From the human T2T-CHM13v2.0 reference genome, Homo sapiens, in the NCBI RefSeq assembly GCF_009914755.1, contig NC_060936.1: DNA of 64,000 nt; one strand, given 5' to 3'. The position numbers and the translations under genes are program-made. Of this stretch, positions 13,504 to 30,959 are shown in pieces. How positions within the stretch are numbered: the first letter of the stretch is position 1; each line of letters begins with the position of its first letter. The notes beneath the pieces were generated by a model. It made no database searches, was not told the origin of the DNA, and worked only from the letters and a program-made list of their open reading frames with translations.

Positions 13504-13629
13504 GATTAGTAGTGTAGTTCAAGTCCATTCAATTAGGTGTACCACTCTTTGCGTAGAGAGAATGGCCCTTTCACTCCATACCACAAACTCCAGTAAGAGG
13601 TGCTATTTATCAGTTATTGCACTCTATAA

Positions 13630-14320
<691 letters not shown>

Positions 14321-15102
14321 TTGAAGTACTATCCTGACTAGCCAGTCTCAAAACACTAATTACTTTAAAAGAAATTCCAGCACCCCTATATTTTGATGTA
14401 AAGAAAGCAGGCTATTATAATAAATTGGTTATCAGTTGAGCTAAATGTTCACTAAACTATAATATTAAATTTATTAGAAAAATTCGTTCACATGAGAAAA
14501 TAAAGCAGTTTGAAGTATTCAACAAAATGCATTTCAACCAGCAAGGGCAAATATATGTTAACAAATATGTATTTTTCAAGTGCTAATTATTTTCTTTTTT
14601 GGGAAGTAGGCAATTGCCTATATAGCATTTACATGATTTCCGTACTCTTCTGAACTGGATTCTTCATCCCCTTTTAGGAAAAAAGAAATGGACCAGCTAT
14701 TGAGATTAAATCTTCAATTTATAACCTTTCCTAGATCAGCGATTAGGGGGTTCCCTTCAATGCATAATTAAATTGAGTAATGGTTATAGTATTTTTTTTG
14801 AGTAACAGTATGAAACACACAGTCTATAAGAGAAATCTTTAAGACATTAAATTAATCTGGCCCTTTTAGATTTCATAGCATCTGCACGCAATGCCAATAA
14901 TCGCTGCAGCCTTCATGTAGCCTTGGGAGAGATACCCTGACCTACTGAGGATGAGAATGGGAAAGAAAAAAACACTCTGTTCTCTGGCACTAATGGTATT
15001 CTCATTAGACCCACTCCTACTTTATTGTAGCAAATGATTTGTAATATCCCTTCTTACTAACTGAAACTCATAGATCATGTAACTCATGAGCACATAATTT
15101 AA

Positions 15103-15423
<321 letters not shown>

Positions 15424-15687
15424 TAATGCTGATATATATATTTAATAATACATATTTCAAATAAATGGATCTGAGGGCATTGCTACAACAGAAAATATAG
15501 TTAAATCCTTGCAACCACTTCTAATGAATAATTCTGAATTTGAGAGGGGATCAGAAGCCATTCCATACATCATACAGAAAATAAAAAGGTAGACAGGTAG
15601 ATATCAGAATAAAAACCAGTATATTCACTGTACACTAAAACTGAAAAATACTTCATGTCTGTATAACAGTATTAGCTTCTAGGCTCA

Positions 15688-16019
<332 letters not shown>

Positions 16020-17039
16020 AAGAGTTTTTACTGATAATAGTTATGTGAGGGTTGTACAGGATGCAGAATAAATTTTCCGTTTGTAACCACGTCTCCCTCA
16101 TTTTAATATTTCTAGCACTTTCAGCCACCATCCACGAAATGCTAGCAATAATCCCCAATCCCCAGCATTGTGATAACCCAAAATACAGAAAAAAATACTT
16201 ACTATGTTTAAAAGACTTTTTCCACAAATAATTCTTAATTGGGTCTCTAATTTGATTCTGTCCAATTTCTACTTATTTGTGTTGTTTATTAAAGCATAGA
16301 GCCACCTGCCTAAACAGTGATAATATACCCTAAGTTTGCTCATCTGCAAATTGGTGAATAAATTAAGCCAATTCATCCATCTGTGAGCTATTTCAAGGTC
16401 GACCCTCCATTGGCTACAAGATTTTGAGTTAAAAAGACAGTGGAGGACAGTGCTTACAGTTTGATAATGTTTGCTTACTGAGCATGAAATGAAATTTAAC
16501 TGTGGCATGTCTGCATTTGTAAATTTATTGTGGTTGTTTAGACTTCTTGCAAAATGAAATGTCAGGCAGTCATTCTGAGACTGCAAATATATTAGGCTTC
16601 AAAGGGCTCAGATAACTGAGGTTATTGAGTTTTCAAAGATTTTTTTCTACTTTTTTTCTACCATATAGAATATGTTCATTCAATAAGTGTAGAATGAGCA
16701 TAAAAGAGCAAAAGCATAAAAATAATTTCTGAATGTAAAATGCTAAGTGTGCCGTTCTGACTATTATAAGGATTTCAAAAATGTTCATTGTATCGGAACT
16801 CATTTTTTCCTGAAGGTGTATGTGTCTTAGGAGGAAAGAGTTGGACTAGAAAGTCTCTTCTAGCTACAAGATGTTATTTTTATGCAGCTAGATGCTTTGA
16901 AGTGATGAAAAATATAGTGCTAATTATAGTGTCTTTTAAGGTAATTGTGAGACTTCACGGAATCTATTTAAGCTCAATGTTTGATGGTTCTGAAGAATAT
17001 ATTACCTAATGCCTTCTATTTCCCGGAATTCATTCCATT

Positions 17040-17122
17040 TTCCTTGTCTCTCTCTGATTCTCTCTCTCTCTCTGACTCTCTCCTCTCTTCCTCCTTCCCT
17101 CCCTCCTTCCCTTCTTTCTCCT
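17040..17122. repeat. CT-rich low-complexity tract
   Basis: (TC)n/(CCT)n runs. Confidence 0.7.
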
Positions 17123-17587
17123 TGCCAACTTGTTCTTTTCAAGCTACTTGGAGATAAGAAAAGTCTACTTACTTTAAGTTATACATATTTATTTATTTAT
17201 ATTTGTCTCTTGGTTGGTTGGTTTTTACCCAAGTACTGAATTTCTAAAAGCTGAGAATTTTATTTATTCATTTGGCTACAGGAACATTTTCTTGGTATTT
17301 AAATTTGTTCCTGTGGTCTCACTTCTAAGCTGTCATAAATAATCTAATTTAAATTTCTCTTCTTTTCCGTCTCTAAATGCATTGCCATGTGATTCATCTT
17401 TCCTGCCTTCTCGGCCTTTTTCTCTTAAAGCCATTTCTTTGGCCCCCAGTCCTAGCTATGATTTACAAGCAAACTTATTTGGGTTAATAGCAAGTATTTT
17501 AAAGCACTTGTGAGTTTTAGATTTTTTAACAGCCATTTATCCAATTTGAGTTATCCAGCATTTCTGCCTCTCCTTTTTACTTTTATT

Positions 17588-17907
<320 letters not shown>

Positions 17908-18359
17908 TGAGCATTTATCTGGTTCATTCGTCTGTTTGTTCATTTATTTACTCAATTGTTCTTCACACACATAATTACATGTTCGATATTTATTATGCGG
18001 TAGGTGTGAAACAGAATATGGAGGGAAAATTCTAAGTCATCATTCGCCTTGATAGTAGCTTTAGTTACAAGTTCAAGTAAAGAGTTTAAAACTGTTAGCT
18101 TAAATTACACTTTTAGAATGTCTACAGCTCTAAGGATTCATTTTTTTGCCCTATAAAATGTATTTAGTGCCAGTCACATGCTAGATGTTTAATCCATGAT
18201 GGCTTTGACCAACTTTTAGAACTGGTCCTATTTCACATTCTTGCTGGTTGATTTTGGTGTTTGACATACTTTTTAGGAGGAAAACATTAAAGGCCCTTGA
18301 ATAATTTAAACAGTATGTTTCCATGAACTATGAAGAATATGTGCTTGTCTCACACTAAA

Positions 18360-19500
18360 TCTGATTCATTTATTCGACAAATGCTTCCTGTGTGTCTCTA
18401 GTGCCAGGCACTATTCACACTCTAAAGATAGAACAGTGCATATGAGGGTAACACTCCTCTCATGGAGGTATATTATAGATGAGGAGGTGTGTTAGTCTGT
18501 TTGTGTTACTATAAAGGAATACCTGAGACTGGGTAATTTATAAAGAAAAGAGGATTATTTTGGTTCACGGTTCCCTAGGCTGTACAGGAAATGTGGTAAA
18601 GGCATCTGCTTCTGGTGAAGGCCTCAGGGAGCTTATGATTATGGCAGAAGGTAAAGGGGAAGCAAGTATATCACACAGTGAGAAAGGAAGCAAGAGAGAG
18701 GAAAAGGTGCCGGGCTCCTTGTAAATAACCAGCTCTCGTGTGAACTAATAGAGAGAGAACTCACTCATCACCAAAGAATGACACTAAGCCATTCAAGAGA
18801 GATCTGCACCGATGATCCAAGGACCTCCACTAGGCCCCACCTCCAACACTGGGGATCACATTTCAACATGAGGTTTGGAGGGGAGACACATCAAACCATA
18901 TCAGAGGAAACAGATAACATACAGTAAATACATCATCAAAGTAATTTCCAATGGTGAGAAGTGACAAGGTGATGCAATGGAAGTGACTCTGGGGGCTATA
19001 TTTGAATGGGGAGAGCTGAGAAAACATTACCAGGAGGAGACACAACTTGAGCAAAGACCTAAAAAATACAAGAAGATCCATTCAACCAAAGGTGTGGGGG
19101 CAGTACCTTTGATACAGCATGAACAGGAAGGATGACAATACTGAGTTGGCATTGTGCCAGGGACAGGAAGGTGACCACTGTGGAGAATAATAGGAGAGGA
19201 AGCTAAAGAGGCAGACAGGGGCCAGCTCACCTCAGGCTTTCCAGGCCCAGATACAAATTGTGGGCTTCTATTCCACATGCATTAGGAGCACATAGAACTC
19301 AGTACACAGTGTTAAATAGGGAAGTGACATGATCTACATTTAAGATGAATATTCTGGTTGTTTATGGAAAATGAGCAAGAGTGGAAATAGGGTTCTCAGA
19401 AAGAAATCAAGCATGATTCTTTGACTTTTGGTGTGAATAACTGGAAGGATAATACTGTGATAGTATTACTATGATAGGAATAATGGTGGAGATACAGGTT
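18360..19500 (-). mobile_element. L2 fragment split by an MSTB LTR
   Basis: ttcatttattcgacaaatgc...gtgccaggcact is the reverse L2 tail; L2-like sequence resumes after 18904. Confidence 0.55.
18488..18903 (-). mobile_element. MSTB-like MaLR solo LTR
   Basis: tgtgttagtc...aatacctgagactgggtaatttataaag...caaaccatatca. Confidence 0.85.
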
Positions 19501-19624
19501 TAAGGGTTGTGCCTTAAACTATTGTCTATATTATGTGTATATACTTTATATATAGTTATAAATTTTATATATAGTTACATACTTTATATATAGTTATAAA
19601 TCTATGAATTTTATTTTAGAAGTA

Positions 19625-19800
19625 AATGTACCACCTTCAGCTGTGCAACTGTGAGCAAGTTAAACTCTCTGTACCCCATTTCCTCATCTACAAATGAGGA
19701 TAAACAATAGTACCATATTCATAGGATTGCTGTGAGTATTAAATGAGTACATGAAGCTCTTGGAGATTGGTACATAGCAAGAAAAATTTAAATGTATTGT
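19625..19800 (+). mobile_element. MIR
   Basis: Core sequence gagcaagttaaactctctgtaccccatttcctcatctacaaatgaggata. Confidence 0.65.
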
Positions 19801-20144
19801 TATTGATAATAAGGGTTAATTTACTGAAAGGAGCCTTCTTTTCATTTTCATTCACTTTATTATAGCTGCTTCTTATGAAACCTTGTAATTATCTGCTTAT
19901 TTAACTGTGAGTTCAAGGTAGAACTGTCCTTTTTATTGTTACATTCCGATAGTCTAACATATATTTGTCCCTTTATTAATTCAACAAAGAATTTACTGAA
20001 TACTTATTATGTGTCCAGCTGCACTAAGTACTAGTGATACCATAAAAAAAAAAAAAAAAGCAATGACCATGTCTTAATGAAGCTTACATTCTGGGGGGAG
20101 AATGAGTTTATAGAAAAATTAAATAAATAAATCAATAAGGTATA

Positions 20145-20528
20145 TGCATTAGTTCTGTCACACTGCTATGAAGAAATACCCGAGACTATAGTTTATATTT
20201 AACAAAGAGAGAGAGAGAGAGGTTTAATTGACTCAGTTCTGCATCGCTGAGGAGGCCTCAGGAAACTTTCAATCATGGCAAAAGGCAAAGGAGAAGCAGG
20301 GACCTTCTTCACAGGGCAGCAGGATGGAGTGAGTGTAACCAGGGGAAATGCCAGACACTTATAAAACCATCAGATCTCATGTAAACTCACTCACTATCAC
20401 AAGAACAGCATGGGGAAACCACTCCCATGATCCAATTACCTCCACCTGGTCCTGCCGTTGACAAATAGGGATTATAGGGATTACAATTCGAGATGAGATT
20501 TTGGGTGGGGGATAGCCAAACTATATCA
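20145..20528 (-). mobile_element. THE1D-like MaLR solo LTR
   Basis: ctgctatgaagaaatacccgagact...ggaggcctcaggaaac...agccaaactatatca. Confidence 0.8.
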
Positions 20529-20918
20529 GCAGATCCATATTAGATATTTATATCCTTTATATGCATATAGGAAGCGTTTCATACAAATTTGTTTTGTTTA
20601 AGGAATAAAGCAATTACTATGTAACTAGATCTTCTCCTGGAATATTACCAACAAAGGACAAGTCAAATCTCATGACGAGGTAGCACATTAGTGACTCTCA
20701 TGGATGAGGGTGGTATCATAAGAGGGGAGAGTCAGAATCACCTGGGGAAGAGTTTTTTCCAAATCACAATGATCCTCCAAAACCTAGCTCAGGAACTCCA
20801 TTTTCCAGAAAACTCTGCCTGATGATCACCTCCCCCATGCCTTCCAAGGGGTCTAGGCCTGAGACTTACAGCATCTAAGGATGACTCTATTAGTTTGGAT
20901 ACTAGTTCAGGTGCTTTA

Positions 20919-21254
<336 letters not shown>

Positions 21255-21282
21255 TGGGGAGTGGCTTAAACAAGATGAAAGA

Positions 21283-21284
21283 TT

Positions 21285-21357
<73 letters not shown>
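21283..21357. repeat. (TTTC)n(TC)n microsatellite
   Basis: Directly visible. Confidence 0.9.
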
Positions 21358-22665
21358 CATATTAAGGTCTGAGTGGTGGGAGAGAGGAGGTTGAACTGTT
21401 ACATGAGGTCATCCAGGGATCTGGGTTCCTTCTGTCTGAAACATGATAACAAGAAATATTGTCCTTATATTCATGAGTGTGACTCAATACTGTCATGGCC
21501 AAGTTCTAGCACAAAGGAAGAGAAAAAATAGTAAATTTTTCATCTGAGAACAGGATCAGTAAGTTGCACCTGTCACTTCTGTGTAGATGTCATTGTCTTT
21601 TGGTCACACCTTACTGAATTGGAAGAAGGGAAATGTGGTTTCTCTAAATTTGAGAGTTTCTATTAGCAAAGAATGGGTAAATAGACCCACTGGAGGACAA
21701 TTATTTGTCTCCCCTCACTTACTTTATTGCAGCACTATTATTCTCTGTTGTTATTAAGACCATTTTGGCTTTCCCTGAAACTGATCTCCAAGCTTGCTCA
21801 GCAAAGAGCCAGTATTTTATTCATGTTTGTTTCCCTGGTACCTTGCATAGAGCTTGGCCTCTGATAGGCACTCAGTTCCTGTATATTGATTGTACTAAAG
21901 GCTCTATCAAAATTTAATTTTCTTCTCACAACAACCTAGTAAGGTAACCATAATAATCTCATTTTACAGGTGCTGATATTTATAAACTTATCCATTAAAG
22001 ATTCAATAAATTATGGACACATTATTTGTAACCAACCTTATGTAAGTCCTCTAAGTCCTTACTCTTTCACTAAACCACACTGGTACATTTTAAGAAAACA
22101 CAAAAACTTGAGACTACCATTTTAAAATATAGCCTCAAAACCTTAAAGAAGTATTAGAATTTTCAGATGACTAACAGCCTTCTTTTTATCCTATATCAAT
22201 GAAAATTTTCTGAATGACAAGAAACAAGAATTCTAACAGTAGACTTTGAACTTCTTACAGAATCTTAAAGTCATTTTGAAAAAAACAAAACTAGATCCTC
22301 AGTCCCATTTGCTCATGAAATATGTTCATATATTTGCTTCATGATTAAGGTTGCCCCCTTTATATTTTATACTAGAGAACTGTGGGGTTTATAACATTTT
22401 AACCTACTCAAGGCACTAGATCTTCAAAACAAAATGTAAATAAAGCAGTATTCGCAAAAGACGATTCCTCATGAACATCCTTTCCTCAGAAAACAAATAA
22501 GATTTTATCCAAGAGCCTGAGAAATACCAAGTCAAACAAAATTAAGCCTGTTTTTCAACTGTAAGACTTCTAAGTGCTTTTATGACACTCTTATGCCAGT
22601 ATGACTCTCTGACAGGCAGCAAACTTGTTTCATCACAGTATATATATATACATAATTTTCAGTAT

Positions 22666-22666
<1 letters not shown>

Positions 22667-22714
<48 letters not shown>
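22667..22714. repeat. (CA)~24 microsatellite
   Basis: Directly visible. Confidence 0.95.
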
Positions 22715-22719
<5 letters not shown>

Positions 22720-22743
22720 TTCCCACGGACTATTTCATTTTAA

Positions 22744-24334
<1,591 letters not shown>

Positions 24335-25149
24335 CTGTACAGAACCACTAATGAGTAAAAATAGAGAAGAGCCTTGGTTTACTGTTATTTTCTGCAAATT
24401 CTAATAAAAGGTGTCCCAAAAAATCTTAATGCAATTTAAAGCTTTAATAATTTCAGAAGTACAAATACTAACAACGTACTTAAATGTCTTTTACATGTGT
24501 TTAGTTTAGTGCATTTGGGAGGATAAAATTTTATTTTAACATTTTTGTTTCCCAGTATTCCCAAATGGACTGCCAAAGAAGCCCTTTGCCTGGTGACCTC
24601 AGTCACCTGATCTGCCTCTATTACACTTTTGGTAGGTAATATCCAAACCGATGTATATTTCAAAACCTTTTACTTTTGTTGATTTTAAAGCTAGAATAAT
24701 GAATTCAATCCTTTCAGCTAATAAGCTCAGTAGATGGAAATTTTTACAAAGTTTTAAAATCAACTAGAGCAATATAATCACATAAGATGGTAGTTATGTT
24801 GAACTGTAATAAGAAATATTAATGTTTTAAAATGTTAAGTAATTTTCAAATGCTGTTTTCTGTAAGTAATTACACTATATTATTCTTAGGTTACTGGTGT
24901 CACAGGAAATCATGATACAAATACATGAATTAAACCATTGCCTAACGTTAATAAATATTTATTGAACTACTATTATGTACCAGGAATTGGGCTAGGCACA
25001 GCAAAACATACAGCAAAATTTTTAAATAATATGCATTGCTACATTAAACCACTTTTATAATGCCAGTACAAGGTGGGTTTTAGTTTTATATGTCAAAAGG
25101 TCTAACTAAACTGATAATTTTGAATAGTTACTGTCAACATTCAAACTAA

Positions 25150-25596
25150 GAGTTCCAGTTTCCAGTTCAGCATCTAAGGAGCATGAGCATCACTACTCTA
25201 TCCTAATAACAAGTGAAAGGCTAACAAACTGAATCAACAACTCTTCTTGAACCCATCAGAGATGTGATATCATAGGGCAAACCACTGCCCACAAAATTGA
25301 AGACACAAACAGGTGAATCAGAGAATCACTACTCTTACTGGAATGGAAACCAAAGCATAAATTTCTGTGGGAACTGATGCTGGGCTAGGAAAGCCTGTGC
25401 TGCAATTGATGAATTTCTGGAGTGTAGATAAGCCTGAAAGATAAAAACTCCAGGGAGACTCAGTTATCTGGAGGCACCTTACTTTAGTGAGCTTTACCTC
25501 CTGAAACCTGCTGAGGTTCTCACAGTGAATACTGAAGAAATATCTCCTCCTGCTTTTGGCAGGAAGAGGGAAAAATAACCATTTTGAAATACGCTG
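25150..25596 (+). mobile_element. Old L1M-type 5' region
   Basis: Resembles recalled L1MC-type 5' ends (aacaaactgaatcaacaactcttctt...agggcaaaccactgccc...ccattttgaaatacgc). Confidence 0.5.
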
Positions 25597-25698
25597 GGCT
25601 GGGCACGGTGGCTCACGCCTGTAATCCCAGCACTTTGGAAGGCCGAGGTGGGCATATCACGAGGTCAGGTGATCAAGACCATCCTGGCTAACACGGTG
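25597..25698 (+). mobile_element. First ~100 nt of an AluY/Sc, abruptly truncated
   Basis: ggctgggcacggtggctcac...atcctggctaacacggtg, with no linker, right arm or tail. Confidence 0.85.
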
Positions 25699-26666
25699 GT
25701 AAATAAGCATGTGAAAAGATGCTCCAAATCATATGCGATTAGAGAAATGCAAATTAAAATAGCAATAAGAAAGCACTACACACCTATTAAAATGTCTAGT
25801 GTCCACAACACTGGCAATACCAAATGCTGGTGAGGATGTGGAGCAGCAGGAACTCTCATTCATTGCTGATGGGAATGCAAAATGGTACAGCTACTTGGGA
25901 AGACAATTTGGCAGTTTCTTAGACAACTAAATATTCTCTCTTAGTATTCAGTCCAGCAATCATGCTCATTGGTATTTACCTAAAGGTATTAAAAATTATG
26001 TCCATGTACAAACCTGCACATGGATGTTTATGTCAGCTTTGTTCATAATTGCCAAAATTTGGAAGCAACCAATATGTCTTTCAGTAGGTGACTAGATAAC
26101 TAAACTATGGTACATTCAGATACTGGAATATTATTTAGCACCAAAAAAAATGAGCTACCAAGCCATGAAAAGAAATGAAGGAAAATTCAATGCTATTACT
26201 AAGTGAAAGAAGCCAATCCAAAAAGACTACATAGTATGATTCTAACTGTATGACATTTGGGAAAAGGAAAAACTAGGGAGACAATTAAAAAAAAAAAACA
26301 GTGGTTGCTAGTAATCAGAAGGAGGGGTGGATAAATAGGTGAAGCACAAAGGATTTTTAGGACACTGGGATTATTCTGTGTGATACCATAATGGTGCATA
26401 CGTCATTATACATTTCTCAAAATCTATAGAACATACAACACCAAGAGTGAACCTTAACATAAACTATGGACTTTGGGAGATAATGATATGTCAGTATAGG
26501 TTCCTCAATTGTAACAACTGTACCACTTTGGTGGAGGATGTTGATAATGGAGAATGTTGTATATCTATAGGGAGGTTAGGGATACATGGGAACTCTGTGC
26601 TTTCTGATCAATTTTGTTATGAACCAAAGCTACTCCAAAATATAAATTCTATTTAAAGAAAAAAAA
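25699..26666 (+). mobile_element. L1MC 3' end
   Basis: End of ORF2 (aaaagatgctcc...gaaatgcaaatt), L1MC-type 3' UTR and A-rich terminus. Confidence 0.8.
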
Positions 26667-27467
26667 TCAACCTAGCCCTTTTCTAGTATATATAGTAAAA
26701 TTATAAACTTGGTAGAGACAAGTTAGCAAATTTAGAAAATTTTATTTAACATTGTTTTTTAGATTTACCATTAATGAGTGCTATGAAAATGGAGCTAAAT
26801 ATTTTGTATTACAGCAAAAATGTGGAAAGCTATGGATGACTAAAGATCTTCATAACTGTTATATCTTTATGTTACCATGAGTACTCAAGTCCAAAACACC
26901 CTGACATGCATAATCGTGGTTTCCCCCTAACATCTTGCTTTGTGATGTAAGAAATAAAGAATACTTCTTTAGATTTCTAGCTTAGGTTGAGAAAAGGTTA
27001 AACAGATGTCAAGCTGCAAAGATAAAAAAAAGTCCTTGTCAATGCAATTTAGTTGAAGTTTATATTTTAATTTTTAGTGGCATTAATTAGTCTCCCTAGA
27101 GAAATCGAGCCAATAGTAACTATAAATCTCTCTTATACATACTCACACTTCTGGGTTTTGGAAACAAACCATTGAGATCACCAGCAACTCCTTTCTTAAG
27201 TAGTCTTGTAGAAGGAAGTGACTTAGGAGGAAAAGGAGTGGAACTGAATAAGAGATTTGGACTTTCATCAGAATAGGGATGGTGATTCTGTATACATTTC
27301 ATCACACAACAAAAAGTAGAGGCCCTACTGCGATCAAGTCATATCTAATAGGGGTTTTGAGTGTCACATCCTTGGCCGACTACATTATCTCAGGAAGAGC
27401 TCCTAGATGATGAGCATACCTTGGACCAGAAATAGAATAGGGGCCAAGTGATGGAGCCACTTCCATC

Positions 27468-27505
<38 letters not shown>

Positions 27506-27514
27506 GTATGTGTG
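27468..27514. repeat. (TG)n/(TGTA)n microsatellite
   Basis: Directly visible. Confidence 0.9.
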
Positions 27515-27798
27515 TTTCTTTCTTTTCAATTACCTGGTATTCAGAAAGCATCATGCAGTTGAAACATTCAGGTGAGCTAGGAAGAAAGGAAAGAGCTGAC
27601 TGTGAGAAGCTTATAAAAGCCCAGAAGCCATATTGCAACACACGTAGAAGCAGAATCCCTGGTAGAAGGTGGCTTCGCCAATCTGTCTTCTTATTTTCAC
27701 CTATGTTTTATGACTAACAGAACCATATACTTTCTCAGCATACTTGTGAAAAATTCCAAAACTCAGCATGCCATTCCTTTTATAAAGCCAAAACAAGA

Positions 27799-28480
27799 TT
27801 ATTAAAAAGTTGAAAAACAATACATGCTGGCAAGGCTGCAGAGAAAAGGGAATGCTTATTCATTGCTGGTAGGATTGCAAATTAGTTCAGCCACCATTGG
27901 AAGCAGTTTGGAGATTTCTCAAAGAACTTAAAGCAAAACTGCCTTTTGACCCGGCAATCCCATTACTTGGTATATATCCAAAAGAAAATAAATTATTCCA
28001 TCAAAAAGACACATGAACTCATATGTTTGTCACAGCACTTATTAACAATAGCAAAGACATGGAATCAACCTAGGTGCCCATTAACAATGGACTGGATAAA
28101 GAAAATGTGGTACCTATACACCATGGAATACTATGCAGCCATAAAAAAACCAAAATGATGTCCTTTGCAGCAACATGGATACAGCTGGAGGCCATTATCT
28201 TAAGCAAAATAACACAGGATCAGAACATCAAATACTGTTATGTTCTCACTTATAAGTGGAAGCAGAACATTGGGTACACATGGACATAAGGATGGAAACG
28301 GGGGAGGAGAAAGGGAAAGGAGCAAAGGTCAAAAAACTGTTGGGTACTATCCTCATACCTGGCTGATGAGATCAATCATACCCCAAACCTGAGCATCACA
28401 TGATATGCCCACGTAACAAGCTTGCACATGCACTCCCTGAATCTAAAATAAAAGTTAAAATTATAAAAATAGATTAACTA
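27799..28480 (+). mobile_element. L1PA15/16-like 5'-truncated L1
   Basis: ORF2 C-terminal remnant (TIAKTWNQPRCP) and 3' UTR; approximate TSD ataaagccaaa. Confidence 0.8.
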
Positions 28481-30959
28481 AAATAAAGCCAAAGCTAGTA
28501 ACACAGAAATAGGTCTTCAACTGAAAACAGACCTAGTAATTAGTTCCAGCAAACCCTACTAACTGCATGACCTTGTGCAACTTAACCTCTCTAGACTGGT
28601 TTTCTGATCTATAAAATGAGGGGATTGCACAATATGATAGCTTATGTGTTTGGAAGCTCTAAAATTCTATAATTATCTGATTACATAATCCTCAGACATG
28701 TAAATATCTTGAATATCAAAATTTCCTAGGAAATTAAGATAGCATTGTAAAGAACTGTTTTTTTATAATTATGTGTTATTTGGTACATGTTGGTAATGGT
28801 TCTCAAGTTGCTGCCTTTGTATTTGTTTTGGGAGATTAAAATTCCTTGAGGATAGAGATCTCTAGATTTCTATTTGGTTGATTACCCAATAATGTCTAGC
28901 AAAGTACTTTGCACATTAACATTTTCATGATAAAAATGATCAATGATCATTTACAGCTTCCTTGGTTTATTAAAACAATTAAGATTCATCTTTCTCCTTC
29001 ATCAGTATTTAGTACATACTCTGGCACCTAATACACCATATCTATCTCTATAGCAGAAAAATTAAGATTTTGTACTTTGATAAAAAAAATCAGAGACATT
29101 TAATAGAAGCAATATTGGAAATCAAGAATTTACTCAGTAAACACCAACCATAATACCAGGAAATCATTTCTCTATACAAATGATTTCCCAGGCCTGAGAA
29201 TCCTAGCACTTACACCACTCACAGAGTACAGAATTCAAGGAAAGAAAGAGTTCTGATTTGGGGTGACAGCATCATCCTCTTTGCCTTTCTCTCCCACAAT
29301 ATAATCCCAACAGATAACCACACGCTTTTTACTGTCATGTTTGGGCTAAAATTCTTATCAATTGAACAAGATGTAAAACAGAAAATCCAATGCCATCCTC
29401 AAACTCTGAAACAGACAGCCTGATGATTCTGAAGTGTAACCAGTTCTAACTCTATTAATAGCTCTATCCTTTCCAGGAGAGTACACAGAAACAGGCTGCA
29501 GCTGCCACAAGGCCCTAATGTTTCATTCTTTGTACAAGTCTGACAAGTTTTCAAGTTTAATAGCATTAGCAATGATGTGATGTAACCGTGGCAGAGGTAG
29601 CCTGAGTCTGCCAGGATTTTTGAAAAGGTGGGTGGGGCACAATCCCTAAACACCTAATGGTTTGGGATAAGGCATTTTAATCATTTAACCAAAAAAATCA
29701 GACATACTAACAACCCTCCCCATCAAGGTGGAGTGCAAAGAAGCAGTAGTTACTGGTTGAAAGGTGGACGGTTTCAGATATATGTGAATAAAGACATAGC
29801 CTGTGCTGTTGAAGCTCCAGGCCCAGGTCATGCGTCTACACTAGGACTGCCTCATATGATGAGTCATTCCTTGCATGGCACTGGATAATTACTCCATGCC
29901 TGAAGCATTTTACTGGGTCTTTTTGATGTGACATAGCTCAGAGGATTTTACAGGGCTTTGGCAACGCAAATGGCCTACTCATCATGAAGCCCAAACACCA
30001 CCTCCCTCCCCACCAAGCCGAATGCCCTTTGCATAACCTGGACAAGTGGTTGTCCATTTCTCCTTCAATGTGTCTATTGATGAGAAGGTCACACATTTAA
30101 ATAACTGTGGTTTATATAGAGGAAGCACAGGGAAACTCATGATTCAAGGATAATTATAACCAAGAAAAGGCCACTCGAAGTGAATTCACTTAGAAGCTAA
30201 ATTTCATAGTTCAGAGCAGAAATAAGAAGGCTAGAAAAATGAACAAAAATGAATACTATATTGACTTTTATCTTTTTTTAAGAGGGGGCATAATTTTTTT
30301 AAATTACTGGAAATGTATATGATAGCACAAAATCATATAATAAAAAATTTAACATCCTTTACTTCATGTTGGACTTTCATTAGCTTAGTCTAAAAGAGGC
30401 CATTTTGGTAAAAGTTTCCAAGAGCTTTTTTTTCCCCAAAGCCCTCTCTTAATCCCTTGATAAACAAATCATTCTCTTTTGACATGTTTATATTACCACT
30501 ATTGTCTACTTTTCATCTTCAATTTTTAACTAGTCCAATTCTGTCCTTATATTTGAGCAGTCTGTCTGCATCTCATCAATCTCATTAAACTGAACCTTTC
30601 TGCAAGATTTTCAATTTACACTATTCTTCATTGCCAAGAAGAGTAATCAGTAATAGCATGTATTTGTGGCCTTTCCTAACAATTCATAGGGTCAAATTTT
30701 AAAGTAGTTAGTTTATAAGCAAATTTTTTTATGCCATAAAAATTTTTGCTTCGTAATTCATTTAATAGAGATTTCCACATCGTCATTATTACCTTTCTCC
30801 ATATGACTTTACACAAAAGGCATGAGAGGTTAAATACAAAGTCTGCCAATATCACGCATGATCATATTATTTCGTACAAAGGGCATTAGCTGCCTTCTCA
30901 CCAGGGAAAGTAGTTTGATATAGATATGCCTTCATCTTATCCTTAGGGATTAGTAAGTA

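Noticed and set aside
29855-29875. AP-1 site (TGAGTCA) overlapping a TEAD-like CATTCC; another AP-1 site at 42541
   Set aside because: Short motifs are expected by chance in 64 kb, and no chromatin data support them.
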